DNA of 64,000 bases from an uncultured Bacteroidales bacterium (lineage in GTDB: Bacteria > Bacteroidota > Bacteroidia > Bacteroidales > FEN-979): assembly GCA_903828645.1 (NCBI GenBank), contig CAIKNA010000127.1, positions 7,855 through 71,854 of the forward strand, in the 5' to 3' direction. Numbering within the stretch: the first letter of the stretch is position 1; every line of letters starts with the position of its first letter. The position numbers were made by a program, and so were the translations under genes. Below are positions 1 through 9,492 of this stretch, piece after piece. The notes below the pieces were generated by a model. That model ran no database searches and had not been told where the DNA came from. It saw only the letters and a program-made list of their open reading frames with translations.

Positions 1-4
1 AACA

Positions 5-1054
5 TTACCGTTTCGTGTACTGATTGTCGTAATATTTCTGGTAATCGCCACTGGTCACATTTTTCATCCATTCTTCGTTGGCAAGATACCATTCCACGGT
101 TTTTTCAAGTCCTTCTTCAAACTGCAGGCTGGGTTTCCATCCCAACTCCTTCTGAATTTTTCCCGAATCGATGGCATAACGCAAATCATGCCCGGCGCGG
201 TCTTTCACATAGGTTATGAGGTTGGCGGAGGTGCCGGCTGAGCGTTTCAGTTTGCGGTCCATGATCTTGCAAAGCAGGTGGATCAGGTCGATGTTTGTCC
301 ACTCATTGTGCCCGCCAATGTTATAGGTTTCCGCAATTTTTCCCTCGTGATAGATCAGGTCGATGGCATTGGCATGATCTTCCACAAATAACCAGTCGCG
401 GATGTTTTCACCTTTCCCGTACACAGGGATCAATTTGTTGTTTTTAATGTTGTGTATGGCCAGCGGGATTAGTTTTTCAGGGAACTGAAAAGGTCCATAG
501 TTGTTGGAGCAATTGGAGATTACCGCAGGAAGCCCATAGGTATGGTTATAGGCACGGACCAGGTGATCGGAACTGGCTTTCGATGCGGAATAGGGGCTAC
601 GGGGATCGTATGCGGTGTTTTCATAGAAAAAGCCCGTTGCACCAAGGGAACCGTACACTTCGTCGGTGGATATATGATAGAACCTTTTATCCGTAAAATC
701 ATCCCACGCTGCCCGGGCCGCATTCAGGAGGTTAACCGTACCCAGGATGTTGGCGTAGATAAATTCCATGGGACTGCTGATGGACCGGTCAACATGTGAT
801 TCGGCAGCGAGGTGGATTACGCCGTCGAAACGGTATTTTTTAAAAAGCACCTTCATTAATTCACCGGCGGTGATATCTGCTTTGACAAATTCATAATTTG
901 GCTCCTTTTCGATGTCGCGCAGGTTGGCCAGGTTTCCTGCATAAGTCAGGTTGTCAAGGTTCACAATTTTGCAATCAGGATATTTCTTTACAAACCTGCG
1001 AACAACATGGGATCCGATGAAACCGGCTCCCCCGGTGATTAAGATTGTTTTCAT
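5..1054 (-). CDS. rfbB: dTDP-glucose 4,6-dehydratase
   Basis: 349-aa ORF. It has an N-terminal Rossmann motif (ITGGAGFIGSHV) and an extended-SDR catalytic Tyr-x-x-x-Lys (YSASKASSD). It resembles RfbB/RmlB end to end. Confidence 0.9.
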   Translation of the reverse strand: MKTILITGGAGFIGSHVVRRFVKKYPDCKIVNLDNLTYAGNLANLRDIEKEPNYEFVKADITAGELMKVLFKKYRFDGVIHLAAESHVDRSISSPMEFIYANILGTVNLLNAARAAWDDFTDKRFYHISTDEVYGSLGATGFFYENTAYDPRSPYSASKASSDHLVRAYNHTYGLPAVISNCSNNYGPFQFPEKLIPLAIHNIKNNKLIPVYGKGENIRDWLFVEDHANAIDLIYHEGKIAETYNIGGHNEWTNIDLIHLLCKIMDRKLKRSAGTSANLITYVKDRAGHDLRYAIDSGKIQKELGWKPSLQFEEGLEKTVEWYLANEEWMKNVTSGDYQKYYDNQYTKR

Positions 1055-1108
1055 GAGTTTTCTTTCTTAGGGCTGTTAATGATCATCTTTCTGTACTCCT
1101 GTATTTCA

Positions 1109-2128
1109 CTATTTCTTTTTTTCAAGGGCAAGCTCCCAGTTCCATGCCGACCTGGTCATCTCATCCAGGTTCTTTTCAGCTTTCCAACCCAGCTCCTCAT
1201 TTGCAAAATCGGTGTCGGCCCATACCTTGACGATGTCGCCAGGCCTCCTCTCCATAATTTCGTAATTCAATTTCACGCCTGAGGTGCGTTCAAACGATTT
1301 GATAACCTCCATCACCGAAAAACCATTCCCGGTTCCAAGGTTAAACACCTCCACGCTTTTTTTGCATTTTTCGCCGGTAAGCCGCTCCACAGCTATCACA
1401 TGCGCCCTGGCCAGGTCGACCACATGAATGTAGTCGCGGATGGCGGTACCATCGGGTGTGTCGTAATCATCTCCCCAAACCCTTAAAAATGGACGTTTCC
1501 CAATGGCCGTCTGTGTGATATAGGGCATCAGGCAATTGGGAATGCCTAACGGAAGTTCGCCGATAAAAGCAGAATCGTGCGCACCGATAGGATTGAAATA
1601 TCTCAGCAGTATCCCCCGGATGTTGCCACTGATGCTGGTGTCGGTGATAATCTCTTCACAAATCTGCTTTGTGTTTCCGTAAGGCGAAGCTGCTTTTTGC
1701 ACCGGGGTATCCTCCCGCGCCGGAAGTAAATCAGGTTGACCGTAAACCGTGCAGGATGAAGAAAATACGATATCACGGATATTGTTATCGATCATCCCCT
1801 GCAGGATATTGACCAGCGATAAAAGATTGTTCCGGTAGTACATCAAAGGAAATTCAACCGATTCGCCCACCGCCTTGAAAGCGGCAAAATGAATGACTGC
1901 AGTGATGTCATTGTGCAGTTTGAAAAATGCGGTCGTTTTCTCCTGATCGGTGAGGTTGAATTTTTCAAACAAAGGTTTCTTTCCCGAAATTTTTGCAATA
2001 TTATCCAGCACATCGATGGATGAATTGGAAAGATCGTCAACAATGATCACCTCATAACCCCTGGCCTGCAATTCAACCACGGTATGTGAACCGATGTATC
2101 CTGTTCCGCCTGTTACTAATATTTTCAT
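1109..2128 (-). CDS. galE: UDP-glucose 4-epimerase
   Basis: 339-aa ORF with a VTGGTGYIGSH NAD-binding motif and a catalytic YGNTK. The length and layout are typical of GalE. Confidence 0.85.
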   Translation of the reverse strand: MKILVTGGTGYIGSHTVVELQARGYEVIIVDDLSNSSIDVLDNIAKISGKKPLFEKFNLTDQEKTTAFFKLHNDITAVIHFAAFKAVGESVEFPLMYYRNNLLSLVNILQGMIDNNIRDIVFSSSCTVYGQPDLLPAREDTPVQKAASPYGNTKQICEEIITDTSISGNIRGILLRYFNPIGAHDSAFIGELPLGIPNCLMPYITQTAIGKRPFLRVWGDDYDTPDGTAIRDYIHVVDLARAHVIAVERLTGEKCKKSVEVFNLGTGNGFSVMEVIKSFERTSGVKLNYEIMERRPGDIVKVWADTDFANEELGWKAEKNLDEMTRSAWNWELALEKKK

Positions 2129-2219
2129 AAAAACCGAATGAAGATGAATTGCTAAAACCGGAGCAAGTTAATGAATATCGGATAATAAACAACGATTGTA
2201 AAAAACCGTATCAATATTG

Positions 2220-3215
2220 TCACGACTTTTTAAAAATCGTTTTCAAAATAGGGTGATAATCGCCCTGCAGGCCGATCGGCTCGCCATTGCGGATATGACA
2301 AACGATGTTGATGCTTTGTTTGGCATCCATCAGGCCAAATCCGCGTCCGGCAATGATTTCACGATAGACCTCCGTATGCAGGTCGGCAAACCCGTCGCTG
2401 AATTCGATCTCCTGGTCCCCCATCAGCAGTGAGCGGTAGGTTCTTTTGCCGGTTTTGCGCACCTCCTCGGGAATGTCGTTGTAATCAATGCTTAAAAACC
2501 ACCGGATATTTGCATGTTCGAGCCTGAGCAGTCCCCCGGCCTTGTTTTCGGTCAGCACATTGACGATGTTTTCTTTTACCTTCCCAAAAACCCAGGTGAG
2601 CATATCGAAAAAATGAACTCCGATGTTCGTTGCAATTCCGCCCGATTTTGACACGTCTCCTTTCCAGGAGCGATAGTACCAACTTCCGCGGGAGGTAATG
2701 TAGGTAAGATCGAGATCGTAAATTTTATTTTTGGGCCCCTTCTGAATTTGTTTGCGCAACGCGATGATGGAAGGATGTAACCGCAGCTGAAGGACTGTAT
2801 ACACCCTTTTTCCAGTCTCGCTCTCGATTTTGCCAAGTGCATCGAGGTTCCAGGGATTCAGCACAATGGGTTTTTCACAAATGGCATGGGCATCGTTGCG
2901 CAAAGCCAGGCGGATATGCGAATCGTGCATGTAGTTCGGCGAACAAATGCTCACATAATCAACCTTACGGTCGTTCAAATGTTTTTTCGAAAGAGACAGC
3001 CTGTGCAGTTTGTCGAGGTGACGATCGAACCGTTCGGGTTCAATAAAGAAATCAGCATGGGGAAAATAGCTGTCTATGATGCCTACTCCATCATATGGGT
3101 CAAGGGCACAAACAAGCTGATTCCCCGTGTCCCTGATCGCTTTCATGTGACGGGGAGCGATGTACCCTGCAGCGCCTATCAGGGCAAAATTCAAGGATTT
3201 TTGTTTTTCTGTCAT
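2220..3215 (-). CDS. Gfo/Idh/MocA-family NAD-dependent sugar-nucleotide oxidoreductase (WbpB-like)
   Basis: 331-aa ORF with an N-terminal Rossmann segment (FALIGAAGYIAPRHMKAI). It is the last gene of a co-directional aminotransferase/acetyltransferase/oxidoreductase trio. Confidence 0.7.
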   Translation of the reverse strand: MTEKQKSLNFALIGAAGYIAPRHMKAIRDTGNQLVCALDPYDGVGIIDSYFPHADFFIEPERFDRHLDKLHRLSLSKKHLNDRKVDYVSICSPNYMHDSHIRLALRNDAHAICEKPIVLNPWNLDALGKIESETGKRVYTVLQLRLHPSIIALRKQIQKGPKNKIYDLDLTYITSRGSWYYRSWKGDVSKSGGIATNIGVHFFDMLTWVFGKVKENIVNVLTENKAGGLLRLEHANIRWFLSIDYNDIPEEVRKTGKRTYRSLLMGDQEIEFSDGFADLHTEVYREIIAGRGFGLMDAKQSINIVCHIRNGEPIGLQGDYHPILKTIFKKS

Positions 3216-3224
3216 TGGATATTT

Positions 3225-3809
3225 TCAAAGTTTAACTACGTTTCCCTCTTTGGTAAGCTCATATTTTTCATGACTTTCAGGACAGAGGGCAATCCCTTTT
3301 TCATCAAAATGCAGCCGGTGCCCGTACTCACTCATCCATCCGACATGGCGACCGGGATTTCCTACGATAAGTGCATAGGCAGGAACATCTTTGGTTACAA
3401 CGGCACCGGCACCAATGAAGGCAAATTCCCCTATTTCATTGCCGCATACGATTGTGGCGTTGGCTCCGATGGATGCACCCCGCCTGACACGGGTTGCCTG
3501 GTATTGGTCCTTACGGAGGATATGGCTCCGGGGATTGATCACATTGGTAAAAACCATGGATGGCCCCAGAAAAACGTCATCATCGCAAATCACCCCCGTA
3601 TAGATCGATACATTGTTCTGTACCTTCACATTCCTGCCGAGAACAACACCAGGAGAGATTACGACATTCTGGCCAATGTTGCAGTTTTCGCCAATCTCGC
3701 ATCCCTGCATGATGTGCGAAAAATGCCATATTTTCGTTCCTTTGCCAATTTTACACCCGTCATCCACGATAGCCGATTCGTGGGCAAAATATTCTGTTTT
3801 CATCATCAC
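3225..3809 (-). CDS. Hexapeptide-repeat (left-handed beta-helix) sugar N-acetyltransferase (WbpD/WlbB-like)
   Basis: 194-aa ORF with repeated [LIV]-G-x4 hexapeptides ([27 protein letters not shown]). Its start overlaps the upstream aminotransferase stop by 4 bp. Confidence 0.75.
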   Translation of the reverse strand: MMMKTEYFAHESAIVDDGCKIGKGTKIWHFSHIMQGCEIGENCNIGQNVVISPGVVLGRNVKVQNNVSIYTGVICDDDVFLGPSMVFTNVINPRSHILRKDQYQATRVRRGASIGANATIVCGNEIGEFAFIGAGAVVTKDVPAYALIVGNPGRHVGWMSEYGHRLHFDEKGIALCPESHEKYELTKEGNVVKL

Positions 3810-4936
3810 TGGTTTAAAAAATCAAGGACGTTTTGGGTGATATAGGTCAGTTGTTCCTGATCCAGTTCGGTATGCATCGGAAGCGAAAAGACAGTTTCGC
3901 AGAGATGTTCGGTTACCGGAAAATCTCCGGGTTTGTAACGCGGGTTAAGATAAGCCTTCTGCAGGTGAAGGGGTACCGGGTAATAGATCATGGCCGGAAT
4001 CTCTTTGGAAGAGAGATGCTCAATCAACGCTTTCCGGTCAACATTTTTCGTTACCAGTGTGTATTGGTGAAACACATGGCTCGACCGGGCATAGCGCACG
4101 GGGGTATTCAGTTTGGGATGATTTGAAAATGCCATGTCATAAAAATCGGCTGCAGCACGCCGTCTGGCAGCGTATTCATCGAGAAGGGGCAGCTTCACAT
4201 TCAGGATGGCAGCCTGAATGCTGTCGAGGCGTGAGTTGACGCCAACATAATCGTGATAGTACCGTACGGTCATGCCGTGGTTGACCACCACGCGCATTTG
4301 CTTTGCAAGGTTGTCATCATTCGTGAAGATTGCGCCGCCATCGCCGTAGCATCCGAGGTTTTTCGACGGGAAAAAGGAGGTGCACCCGATGTGGCCGATT
4401 GTCCCCGATTTTTTCTTTGAGCCATCGGTGAAAAAATAATCAGAACCGATGGCCTGGCAATTATCTTCGATCACATAGAGGTTATGTTTCCCGGCAATTT
4501 CCATGATCTCCTCCATCGGGGCGGTTTGACCAAACAGGTGAACCGGTACGATGGCCCTGGTTTTCGGGGTGATTGCCCGCTCAATTGCCTTCGGATCAAT
4601 GTTGAAAGTACCCGGGTCAACATCCACCAAAACAGGTGTCAGCTGCAGCAGGGCAATCACTTCGGCTGTTGCAATGAAGGTGAAAGAGGTGGTAATAACC
4701 TCATCACCCGGCTTCAGGTTCAGGGCCATCATGGCAACCTGCAGTGCATCGGTACCATTGGCGCATGGGATGACATGCTTTACCCCAAGATAGCCTTCCA
4801 GGCTTTTCTGAAAGGACTGAACGGCCGGGCCATTGATGAAAGCGCAGGAATCAATCACTTCCTGGATTCCCCTGTCAATTTCATCTTTAATACTGAGGTA
4901 TTGACTTCGCAAGTCGACCATCTGGAGTTTCTTCAT
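3806..4936 (-). CDS. DegT/DnrJ/EryC1/StrS-family PLP-dependent sugar aminotransferase (WbpE-like)
   Basis: It carries family-typical [19 protein letters not shown] and [16 protein letters not shown] (PLP-Lys) segments. I moved the start from 5020 to the ATG at 4936 because a TAACTTTG -7 box (4973-4980) lies inside the longer ORF. Confidence 0.85.
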   Translation of the reverse strand: MKKLQMVDLRSQYLSIKDEIDRGIQEVIDSCAFINGPAVQSFQKSLEGYLGVKHVIPCANGTDALQVAMMALNLKPGDEVITTSFTFIATAEVIALLQLTPVLVDVDPGTFNIDPKAIERAITPKTRAIVPVHLFGQTAPMEEIMEIAGKHNLYVIEDNCQAIGSDYFFTDGSKKKSGTIGHIGCTSFFPSKNLGCYGDGGAIFTNDDNLAKQMRVVVNHGMTVRYYHDYVGVNSRLDSIQAAILNVKLPLLDEYAARRRAAADFYDMAFSNHPKLNTPVRYARSSHVFHQYTLVTKNVDRKALIEHLSSKEIPAMIYYPVPLHLQKAYLNPRYKPGDFPVTEHLCETVFSLPMHTELDQEQLTYITQNVLDFLNQ

Positions 4937-4972
4937 CGGGATCTGATTTTTGAGTTTCGATAAATGTTTGTG

Positions 4973-4980
4973 CAAAGTTA
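4973..4980 (-). promoter_or_regulatory. Bacteroidetes-type -7 box TAACTTTG for the sugar aminotransferase operon
   Basis: It matches TAnnTTTG on the minus strand, 37 nt upstream of the ATG at 4936. Confidence 0.45.
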
Positions 4981-5050
4981 AAATATATCTCCCGATTTGT
5001 ACACCAACCATATGAATCAAAATCTTTTGATTTCATTGTATTTTTGCATT

Positions 5051-5058
5051 TACCTTTG
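5051..5058 (+). promoter_or_regulatory. Bacteroidetes-type -7 box TACCTTTG for elbB
   Basis: TAnnTTTG lies 24 nt upstream of the ATG at 5082. A TTTG at 5026-5029 sits at about the -33 position (21-nt spacer). Confidence 0.55.
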
Positions 5059-5081
5059 CTATCAATTAAAATCACAGGAAA

Positions 5082-5732
5082 ATGAAAAAATTTGCAGTTG
5101 TTTTATCCGGTTGCGGCGTTTACGACGGCGCCGAAATCCACGAAGCAGTGCTCACCCTTCTTGCCATTGATAAAGCCGGGGCGGGATACCAGTGTTTTGC
5201 CCCCGACATGCAGCAGCATCACGTGATCAACCATATTACCGGGAAAGAGACAGGCGAAACACGAAATGTGCTTGTTGAATCAGCCCGTATTGCACGTGGC
5301 AATATCAGGCCCCTTTTTCAGTTCAAAGCGGCGGATTATGATGCATTGATTTTCCCCGGGGGATTTGGTGCTGCGAAAAACCTGTGCGACTGGGCGTTGA
5401 ATGGAGACAATTGTTCGGTAAACCCCGGGGTTGAGAGTGTTATAAAAGCCATGTTTGAAGCCGGAAAACCTGTCGGTGCAATGTGTATTTCGCCGGTAAT
5501 TTTAGCCAGGCTATTCCAGGGAACAAACCTTACCACCGGCAATGATCCTGCCTCCCGAAAATTTATTGAAAAGAGAGGAAATAAATACACGCAAACCGAA
5601 CACGGTGAAGTGGTTGTTGACAAGGTAAGGAAACTTTTCACAACTCCCTGTTATATGATTGACTCATCTATCAGCCAGATTTCAACCGGAACTGAAAACA
5701 TTGTGAATGAGATGCTTCAAATGATGGAATAA
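5082..5732 (+). CDS. elbB: ElbB-like DJ-1/PfpI-superfamily protein (isoprenoid biosynthesis/glyoxalase-like)
   Basis: 216-aa ORF. The N-terminus (KKFAVVLSGCGVYDGAEIHEAV) and the IFPGGFGAAKNL / GAMCISP segments are typical of ElbB. Confidence 0.75.
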   Translation: MKKFAVVLSGCGVYDGAEIHEAVLTLLAIDKAGAGYQCFAPDMQQHHVINHITGKETGETRNVLVESARIARGNIRPLFQFKAADYDALIFPGGFGAAKNLCDWALNGDNCSVNPGVESVIKAMFEAGKPVGAMCISPVILARLFQGTNLTTGNDPASRKFIEKRGNKYTQTEHGEVVVDKVRKLFTTPCYMIDSSISQISTGTENIVNEMLQMME

Positions 5733-5760
5733 TGCCGGGAAGGTCTCCCTGCCACGCGGT

Positions 5761-6837
5761 TCAACGGTATTCTTTAACCTCCAGTTCTCCGCGAACCACC
5801 ATCAACCCATTGATTGCCAGGGCTTTCATCTCGTCTTCACCGGGATAAATATGAATGGGGGCCAGTTTGTAAACACGTTCCTGGATCCAGTTCACGAATC
5901 CTTTGTCATACGCTATGCCTCCGGTTATAAGGATGGCATCCACTTCACATTTAAGAACGGTGTACATTTCCCCGACATATTTTGCCACCTGGTATGCCAT
6001 GGCATGATAGATAAGTTCGGCATGGGCATCTCCCGCATCGACCATTTTTTCAACATCATAGGCATTGTTGGTGCCAAGGTAGGCCACCAGTCCGCCTTCT
6101 CCTTTCACCATTTTCTGAACCTCCCTGAGTGAAAACCGTCCGCTGAAACAAAGCCTGACAAGTTCACCAACCGGCAGTGTTCCTGTGCGTTCAGGCGTAA
6201 AGGGTCCTTCGCCATCAAGGCCCTGGTTTACATCTATCACCCGCCCCTTCTGGTGAGCTCCAATCGTAATTCCACCACCAAGGTGGACCACGATCAGGTT
6301 CAGATCTTCGTATTTGCGGCGGATTGATTTGGCATATTCGCGTGCAACCGCCTTCTGATTCAGGGCATGAAAGATCGAAATACGTTCCAGCAACGGATGG
6401 CCTGATATCCGTGCAATATCATCAAACTCATCAACCACGATCGGGTCGACGATATAGGCCTTGGCGTTTGGCAATGACTTCACCAGGTTGATCGCAATCA
6501 AACCGCCCAGGTTGCTGGCGTGTTCACCAAACGGACTGTTTTTCAAATCAGCGGTCATCGCCTCGTTAACTTCATAGATTCCGGAAGGAATCGGCTTCAG
6601 CAATCCTCCCCTGCCAACCACTGCCTGCAGGTCTTCAATACGGATATCGGCTTCATGCAATTGCTGCAGGATGATATCTTTGCGGAACTGGAACTGGTCT
6701 GTGATTTTCGGGAAAGGGGCCAGCTCCTCCGTGGTATGCTTGATGTTTTTCAGGAAGATAGGTTCCGTATTCTGATACACGGCGATTTTTGTCGAGGTAG
6801 ATCCTGGATTGATGGCGAGAACCCTGATGTCTTTCAT
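5761..6837 (-). CDS. buk: Butyrate kinase
   Basis: 358-aa ORF with an ASKHA N-terminus (RVLAINPGSTSTKIAVY), LLKPIPSGIYEVN, and the HLGGGITIG phosphate-2 motif. Confidence 0.9.
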   Translation of the reverse strand: MKDIRVLAINPGSTSTKIAVYQNTEPIFLKNIKHTTEELAPFPKITDQFQFRKDIILQQLHEADIRIEDLQAVVGRGGLLKPIPSGIYEVNEAMTADLKNSPFGEHASNLGGLIAINLVKSLPNAKAYIVDPIVVDEFDDIARISGHPLLERISIFHALNQKAVAREYAKSIRRKYEDLNLIVVHLGGGITIGAHQKGRVIDVNQGLDGEGPFTPERTGTLPVGELVRLCFSGRFSLREVQKMVKGEGGLVAYLGTNNAYDVEKMVDAGDAHAELIYHAMAYQVAKYVGEMYTVLKCEVDAILITGGIAYDKGFVNWIQERVYKLAPIHIYPGEDEMKALAINGLMVVRGELEVKEYR

Positions 6838-6853
6838 ATTGTTGCTTATTTGG

Positions 6854-8341
6854 CTACGCCTTGTAATTCCTCAATTTACTTTTCTTTATTCCATAGGTGA
6901 AGTAGAAAAACATTCCGATCAGCATCCAGATAAACAACCTGGTCCAGTTCGGCCAGCCCAAACCATAGATCATGGACCCGCAGACCAGCATTCCCAGGAT
7001 GGGAACAATGGGAACCAACGGGGTTCTGAACGGACGAGGTAACCCGGGGTTTGTTTTTCGCATGATGATGATGCCGATGCAAACCAAAATAAATGCGAAC
7101 AAAGTACCGATACTCGTCATATCGCCAACAATATCGCCAGGGACAAACGAAGCAAAAAGCCCCACAAAAATCAAGAAAAGAATATTTGATTTATACGGAG
7201 TTCTGAATTTAGGGTGTATTTCCGAGAAGGCAGGAGGAACAAGACCATCCCTGCTCATGGAGTAAAACACCCTGGATTGTCCGTAGAGCATCACCAGGAT
7301 TACCGAAGAAAAGCCTGCCAGGATGGCCACGGTGACAAGTTTTGCGAGCCAGCCATAACCATACATGTATGTCTGGATCGCATAGGTTACTGAAGCTTCT
7401 TTCCCCGCTTTCCTGAAATCTTCAATCCCCGAAACCCCCGTCAATACATAAGCAAAAAGAATGTATAGCACTGTACAAATTGCCAGCGAGCCAAGTATCC
7501 CGATCGGTAAGGCCTTTTTTGGATTTTTGGTCTCCTGGGCGGCGGTTGAAACTGCATCAAACCCGATGAATGCAAAGAAAACTACCCCGGCGGCTCCCAG
7601 GATTCCCAGAAGTCCGCCGAAATTATGAACCACTCCCTGGTCATCAATATATTTTGCAGGAGCAGGAATAAAGGGGGTTTGATTTTCAGGTTTGATAAAC
7701 TGCCATCCCAGCACGATGAAAAGGATGACAATGGCGACCTTGGTTATCACGATGATCGCATTGAAAACCGAGGATTCCCGCACTCCCCTGATCAGGAGGA
7801 TGGTGAGCAAAGCCACAATAACCAGTGCCGGGATATTGATAATTCCATGGGCGACGATGGTTCCGCCCGAATCACGAAGCACCTGCATGGGGGAATGACA
7901 TAGTGAATAGGGCACATTCAGGTTGAAATATCCTAAAAGCTTGTTCAGGTATTCGCTCCAGGCGATGCTTACAGTGGCGGCGCCCAATGCATATTCCAAT
8001 ATGAGATCCCATCCGATCACCCAAGCCATGAATTCACCCATGGTTGCGTAGGAATAGGTGTAAGCGCTCCCGGAAATCGGGATCATGGAGGCAAACTCGG
8101 CATAACACAGTCCGGCAAAGGCACAACCGATACCGGCAATTATGAATCCCAGGGTAACGGATGGACCCGCGTTGTTTGCTGCAGCCGCTGCCGTCCTGAC
8201 AAATAACCCTGCTCCTATGATCGCCCCGACACCGAGTGCAACAAGTTGCATGGCAGTCAGTGTTTTTTTAAGGCTGTTTTTATCATCGGATTCATCAAGC
8301 AACAGGTGTACTGGCTTGACCGCAAATAACTTGTTGGACAT
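6854..8341 (-). CDS. APC-superfamily amino acid permease
   Basis: 495-aa polytopic ORF with about 12 hydrophobic segments. The N-terminal LVALGVGAIIGAGLFV motif is typical of amino acid transporters. Confidence 0.8.
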   Translation of the reverse strand: MSNKLFAVKPVHLLLDESDDKNSLKKTLTAMQLVALGVGAIIGAGLFVRTAAAAANNAGPSVTLGFIIAGIGCAFAGLCYAEFASMIPISGSAYTYSYATMGEFMAWVIGWDLILEYALGAATVSIAWSEYLNKLLGYFNLNVPYSLCHSPMQVLRDSGGTIVAHGIINIPALVIVALLTILLIRGVRESSVFNAIIVITKVAIVILFIVLGWQFIKPENQTPFIPAPAKYIDDQGVVHNFGGLLGILGAAGVVFFAFIGFDAVSTAAQETKNPKKALPIGILGSLAICTVLYILFAYVLTGVSGIEDFRKAGKEASVTYAIQTYMYGYGWLAKLVTVAILAGFSSVILVMLYGQSRVFYSMSRDGLVPPAFSEIHPKFRTPYKSNILFLIFVGLFASFVPGDIVGDMTSIGTLFAFILVCIGIIIMRKTNPGLPRPFRTPLVPIVPILGMLVCGSMIYGLGWPNWTRLFIWMLIGMFFYFTYGIKKSKLRNYKA

Positions 8342-8370
8342 AGTCTGGTATTAATCCGGTCTGTAGTCGG

Positions 8371-9298
8371 TTAAATCGCCGCTGCCATCACGATGCTGGC
8401 CTGCTTTGACTCTTCGGTATCGGAACGTGAGGTGAGGACGATGGGGGCGGCAGCTCCCAGGACGACTGCAGCAAGTTTTGCATTTGCCGAAAATCCGAAG
8501 GCCTTGTATAAAATATTTCCGGCTTCAATGTCGGGAACAATGAGCAGGTCGGCATCGCCGGCCACGTCACTGACGATCCCCTTGTGTTTTGCACTTGCAG
8601 CGCTCACGGCATTGTCATAGGCCAGTGGCCCGTCGATGATGCAGTTTTTTATCTGTCCGCGCTGCCCCATTTTAGAAAGCATGGCTGCTTCAAGGGTTGC
8701 GGGCATGGCTTCATTGACCATCTCCACGGCAGCGAGAACGGCAACTTTAGGCTTGGTGTATCCCAATTTGTTCATAAACTCAACCGCATTGGTCGTCAGG
8801 GCGACTTTGGTTTTGAAATCAGGGGGCGGGAATCATAGCAGCGTCGGTAAGTCCGAGCAGTTTATGATAGGTAGGAACCTCAAAAAGAGCGAAATGGGAC
8901 AGGACATCGCCCTTACGCAACCCATTTTCCTTATCAAGAACCCCCCGGAGGAAAACGGCGGTAGGAACATTGCCCTTCATGAGAATATCGGCTTCTTTGT
9001 TACGAACCATCTTGACGGCAATCTTAACCGAGTTTGCATCGATCTCCTCGTTGATGATCTTCATCTTGCTGACATCGAGTTTCAGTTTCCCGGCGATTTC
9101 ATGAATTTTCTTTTCATTCCCGACCAGGATGGCCTCCACCAGGCCCATTTTATCGACGGCACAAATTGCCTCAAGGCAATGTTCGTCATGCGCCACGGCA
9201 ACGGCAAGCCTCTTTTTCTTTGATTTCCGTGCCAGTTCATTGAGATCGGAAAGCTTCGTGAGACACGTATTTCCGCTCGTTCCAGTTGTTGTAGTCAT
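8371..9298 (-). pseudogene. ptb: Phosphate butyryltransferase interrupted by a single frameshift (pseudogene or homopolymer sequencing error)
   Basis: ORFs 8819..9298 (N-half) and 8371..8775 (C-half) together make one Ptb. The C-half frame is open back to 8832. Removing one G from the GGGGG run at 8822-8826 restores ...DAAMIPAPDFKTKVALTTNAVEF... Confidence 0.8.
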
Positions 9299-9460
9299 AA
9301 ACTTGAATTAAAAATTAAAAGTTAAATTATGTTGTCCGATTGTCAGCGTTTTTACCTCTGGTCCGTTAATATGTTCACAACGGTTTCTCTTGTGGCAAAC
9401 CTACGGGATTTTTATCAAACAGACAAGCAGTTACGGAAAAAATTGTTTGAAATAATATCC

Positions 9461-9468
9461 TACCTTTG
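9461..9468 (+). promoter_or_regulatory. -7 box TACCTTTG upstream of the tryptophanase-like gene
   Basis: TAnnTTTG lies 25 nt upstream of the ATG at 9493. Confidence 0.45.
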
Positions 9469-9492
9469 CTGCAACCTTCTAACTGAAATATT

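Noticed and set aside
2886-3845. 319-aa plus-strand ORF overlapping the oxidoreductase and acetyltransferase genes.
   Set aside because: It is antisense to two well-supported genes and has no recognisable motifs, so it is an antisense artefact.
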